From Mobula hypostoma (lineage: Eukaryota), in contig NC_086097.1 in the NCBI RefSeq assembly GCF_963921235.1, positions 51,772,001 to 51,836,000 of the forward strand: a stretch of 64,000 nucleotides of DNA, given 5' to 3'. Positions 60,290-64,000 of the stretch are shown piece after piece. The translations under genes were made by a program, and so were the position numbers. The first letter of the stretch is position 1. The number at the start of each line of letters is the position of its first letter. Below the pieces are notes generated by a model. That model searched no databases, was not told where the DNA came from, and worked only from the letters and a program-made list of their open reading frames with translations.

Positions 60290-62080
60290 TCCTAAGCACT
60301 CAGTAAAGAAGCCAATAAAAAGAAGCGACCATTGTTGGAGTGGACAGCATTGGAGTGGTCAGGCTTTGGCTCAACAGGCTTCGGCAAGAACAGATGGTGG
60401 CTCTAAGTAAGTTTCTAATAAGATTCTTTTCTCTGTCTTTGTCTATCAGTGCATAGCTGGTGCAGTGGGAATGAATTCAGGGTTAGTAATATGTTCTTTC
60501 TGTAAGACGTGGGAACACAGGGAAACCTCCAGTCTCTCTGATAACTACATATGCATGAAGTGCATTGAGCTGCAGCTCCTTAGAGATGGTGTTAAGGAAC
60601 TGGGGCTGCAGATCGATGGCCTTCGTGCCGATGAGGAGGTGATCGATAGGAGCTGTAGGGAGGTACAGGAGCAGATACCTAGGTGGCTGTCAGGAGAGGG
60701 AAAGGGAACAGGCAGACAGTGCAGGGAACCCCAGTGGCTGGTTTGAATACCTACCACCGGGAATCCACAGCGACCAGGTCTCTGGCACTGAGTCTGGCTC
60801 TGTGGCTCAGAAGCGAAGGAGGGAGAAGAGATGATAGGGGAATCCATAGAGCAGCAAACTGGAGATTCTCTGGATGTGAAAGAGACACCCGGATGATATG
60901 CTGCCTCCCAAGTGCCTGGGTTGGGTATGTCTCAGTTTGGGTCCACAACATTCTAAAAGGCAGAGAACGAGCAGCCAGAAGTTGTCATACTTATTGGTAC
61001 CAACAACATAGGTAGGAAAAGGGAGGAGGCACTGAAGAGAGAGTATAAGGAGTTAGAAAGAACAGGACCTCCAGGGTAGTAATCTCTGGATTGCTGCCAG
61101 TGATACATGCCAGTGAGGCTAAGAGTATGATGATTTGGCAGATGAATGTGTGGCTGAGGAATTGGTGCAGGGAACAGGGTTTCAGATTTCTGGATCATTG
61201 GAATCTCTTCTGGGATGGTATCCCAAAAGTGATGGGCTACACCTGAACCCAAGGGGGGCCAATATCTTTGTGGGCAGGCTTGTTAGAGCTGTTGGAGAGC
61301 GTTCAGACTAATTTGTCAGGGGGATGTGAACAGGAGTGATAGGGCTGATGATGCGGCAGTTGGTTTACAAGTAGGTGCAGTGTGCAGTGAGACTGTGAGG
61401 AAGGACAGGCAGATGATAGGGCAAAATTGCTGTCTCTGGGATGAATCGAAGTGTAAAATGAAAGCAAAATCAAAACGAGTGATGACTACAGGACGGAAGG
61501 TGCTATAATTGAAGGCACGCAGTAAATGGAATAAGACAGATGATCTTGTAGCACAGTTAGAAATTAGTCGGTATGACGTGGAGATCTCTGAGTCATGGCT
61601 GAAAGAAGATCAGAGTTGGGAGCTTAACGTCCAAGGATACAGATTGTATTGAAAGGACAGGCAGGTTTTCAAAGGAGTGGGGTAGGTCTGTTGATAAAAA
61701 ATGAAATCAAGTCCTCAGAAAGAGGTGACATAGGATCAGAAAATGTAGAATCCTTGTGGGTAGAGTTAAGAAGCTACAAGGGTAAAAAGATGGGAGGTAT
61801 ACGCAGGCCTCTAAACAGTAGCCAGGATGTGGGATACAAATTACAATAAGAAATAGAAAATACCTGTAAAAAGGTCAATGTTATAATTGTCGTGGATGTT
61901 TTCAATACTGCGGTAGGTTGGAAAAACCAGGTTGATGATTGATCCCAAGAGAGGGAATTTGCAGAATGTCTACAAAATGGTTTTTTAGAGCAACTTGTGG
62001 TTGAGCCAATAGGGGAAAGGCAATTCTGGATTGGGTGTTGTATAATGAACCAGACTTGATTCAGTAAAGGAACCCTTAGA
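60290..62080 (+). mobile_element. CR1-type LINE 5' portion: ORF1 (zinc finger/leucine zipper, SGNH esterase) and APE endonuclease, degenerate
   Basis: CSFCKTWE...YICMKCIELQLLRD.VKEL; DTRMICCLP.A; QPEVVILIGTNNIGRK; GVGLLIKNEI...VESLWVELR. Confidence 0.85.
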
Positions 62081-62099
62081 GAGAATTGTGCTTTCCCAT

Positions 62100-63945
62100 T
62101 CCATCAGGAAGGTAAAATAGAAGCATTCTCAGAGAATTTACAGTCACTTCTATGATACGAGAGGTGTATGTGCAGGGAATTCAGAGGATTACAAACTACA
62201 AGTCTACCCTGCATGTGTGACCAGGATGTTTCACTCCCTGAGAGGCTGAATGTCTTCTACGCCCGGTTTGATGTGCAGAGCAAAGTGCTGGCAAGGAAGG
62301 CATCCCTCCTCCCAGGGGAGCAGACTGTCTGGTTGAAGCTGATGTGAGGAAAACTCTGGCTAGAGTCAACCCATGCAAGCTGCAGGGCCCAATAATATGC
62401 CAGGTTGGGTTCTGAAATACTGTGCAGACCAGCTGACGGAGGTGCTGACAGATACAGTCAACATCTCTCTGGAACAATGCATTGTCCCTCAGTTTTCAAG
62501 GCGGCAGCCATCATTCCAGTGCCAAAGAAGGTGATAGTAACTTGCCTAAATGACTGTCGTCTAGTGACATTACCATCAACCATTATGAAATGCTTTGATC
62601 AGCTGGTCATGGAGCACATTAAAGGCTTTCTCCAGGCTACATTGGACCATTTCCAGTTCACTTATCAGGCAAATCGATCCACTGATGATGCAATAGCCTC
62701 TGCCTTCCGCACTGTCCTGCCCCACCTAGAAAGTGGGGTCTCATATGCCAGACTGCTGTTTATAGACTTCAGTTCAGCATTCAACACCGTCATACCCCAG
62801 AAACTAGTGGGGAAACTGTCCTCACTGGGTCTCAACATCTTCCTCTGCAACTGGACACTAGACTTCTTAACAGTAAGGCCACAGTCAGTCTGTGTGGGCA
62901 GCAACGTCTCTAGTCCAATTACACTGAGCACTGTCGCTCCCCAAGGCTGTGAGTTCAGCCTGCTACTCTTCGCACTGTTGACTCATGACTGTGTTGAAGG
63001 ATCCAACTCAAAATATGTCAGCAAGTTTGCGGATGACACAACAGTGGTTGTCCTTATCGAGAATGATGACGAGACGGAGTATAGAGAGGAAGTGGAGTGG
63101 CTGGTGGATCGGTGTGAGAAGACCAACCTAAGCCTGAACGTGGAGAAGACAAAGGAAATCATTCTGGACTTCAGGAAGGTGCAGACAAGCCATCCCCCTC
63201 TGTGAATACATGGCTCCTCTATAGAGAGAGTTAAGTGCACCAAGGTCCTGGGAGTTCACATCACCAATGACCTCACCTGGTCCCTTAATATCACCTCTCT
63301 GAACAAGAAAGCACAGCAACACCTCCACTTCCTAAGAATATTGAGGCAAGCAAGGTTCCCACAACCCCCCCCCCCACCATCTTAACTGGGTTTTCCAGGA
63401 GCACCATTGAGAGCATCCTGACAAATTGTACCTCCATCTGGTATGGGAGCAGTTGAACATCTGACCAGAAGTCCCTACAAAGGTCTGTGAGAACAGCTGA
63501 GAGGATCTCAGGGGTCTCCCTACCATCTATCTGGGAGATTTATCAAGAGCTCTCCATATGCAGGGCCCTTAGTGTTATTAAGGATCCCACCCATCCATCC
63601 AGCATCCTCTTTGACTTTCTACCATCAGGTAGGAGACTACGATGCATAAAAACAAGAACTGTCAGGATGAGAAACAATTTCTTCCCATAGGCCATTAGGC
63701 TTCTGAACTCCCTACCACATCATATTCGAAGTGTCCTGTGCCTTACAATATTTAATATTGATACACTTTAGTTTGTTATTTAAGTGTGATTCATCTGTAG
63801 ACTTTATCCTTACCTTCATAAGTTAGATGTGTTATGTGCTTTACAGCTTGGTTTGAAGAAATGTTGTCTCATTTCTGTATACATAATATACATTATATAC
63901 AAACGTACATGTATGTAGTTAAATGACAATAAACCTTACTTGGCT
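62100..63945 (+). mobile_element. Rex1/Babar-type LINE, RT region and 3' end
   Basis: ORF 62,405-63,205: IIPVPKK..CLND.R..TL...[46 protein letters not shown] and LNVEKTKE. The 3' end has AATGACAATAAAC. Confidence 0.92.
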
Positions 63946-64000
63946 TGATCATAGTATGACAGAATTCACCCTGCAGTTTGAGAAGGAGAAGCTAAAGTCA

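Noticed and set aside
57371..63205. Tc1 transposase (57,371-57,916) and RT (62,405-63,205) as functional genes
   Set aside because: Both are truncated by stops or frameshifts and have damaged motifs; annotated as transposon remnants.

Overview
Eukaryotic vertebrate DNA, very likely a shark or ray (HE1/V-SINE-like, CR1, Rex1/Babar, Penelope and Tc1 repeats; inferred, not proven). Bases 1-~27,896 are a tandem array of a 40-bp unit (about 700 copies, open at the left edge). The array runs in frame into a minus-strand Rex1/Babar-type LINE right after its FADD reverse-transcriptase motif, so the satellite is an amplified piece of RT coding sequence. The same LINE is split by a young non-autonomous Gmr1-like Gypsy LTR element (28,937-32,314; TSD ACGG, tRNA-Pro-like PBS). 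One intact host gene is present: TMX1 (8 coding exons, 35,756-50,967, + strand, about 282 aa, CPAC active site). Its promoter is a ~30-bp minisatellite carrying six CCAAT boxes. The introns and flanks hold nested transposons, including Penelope pseudo-LTRs with minimal hammerhead ribozyme motifs and two Tc1 elements.
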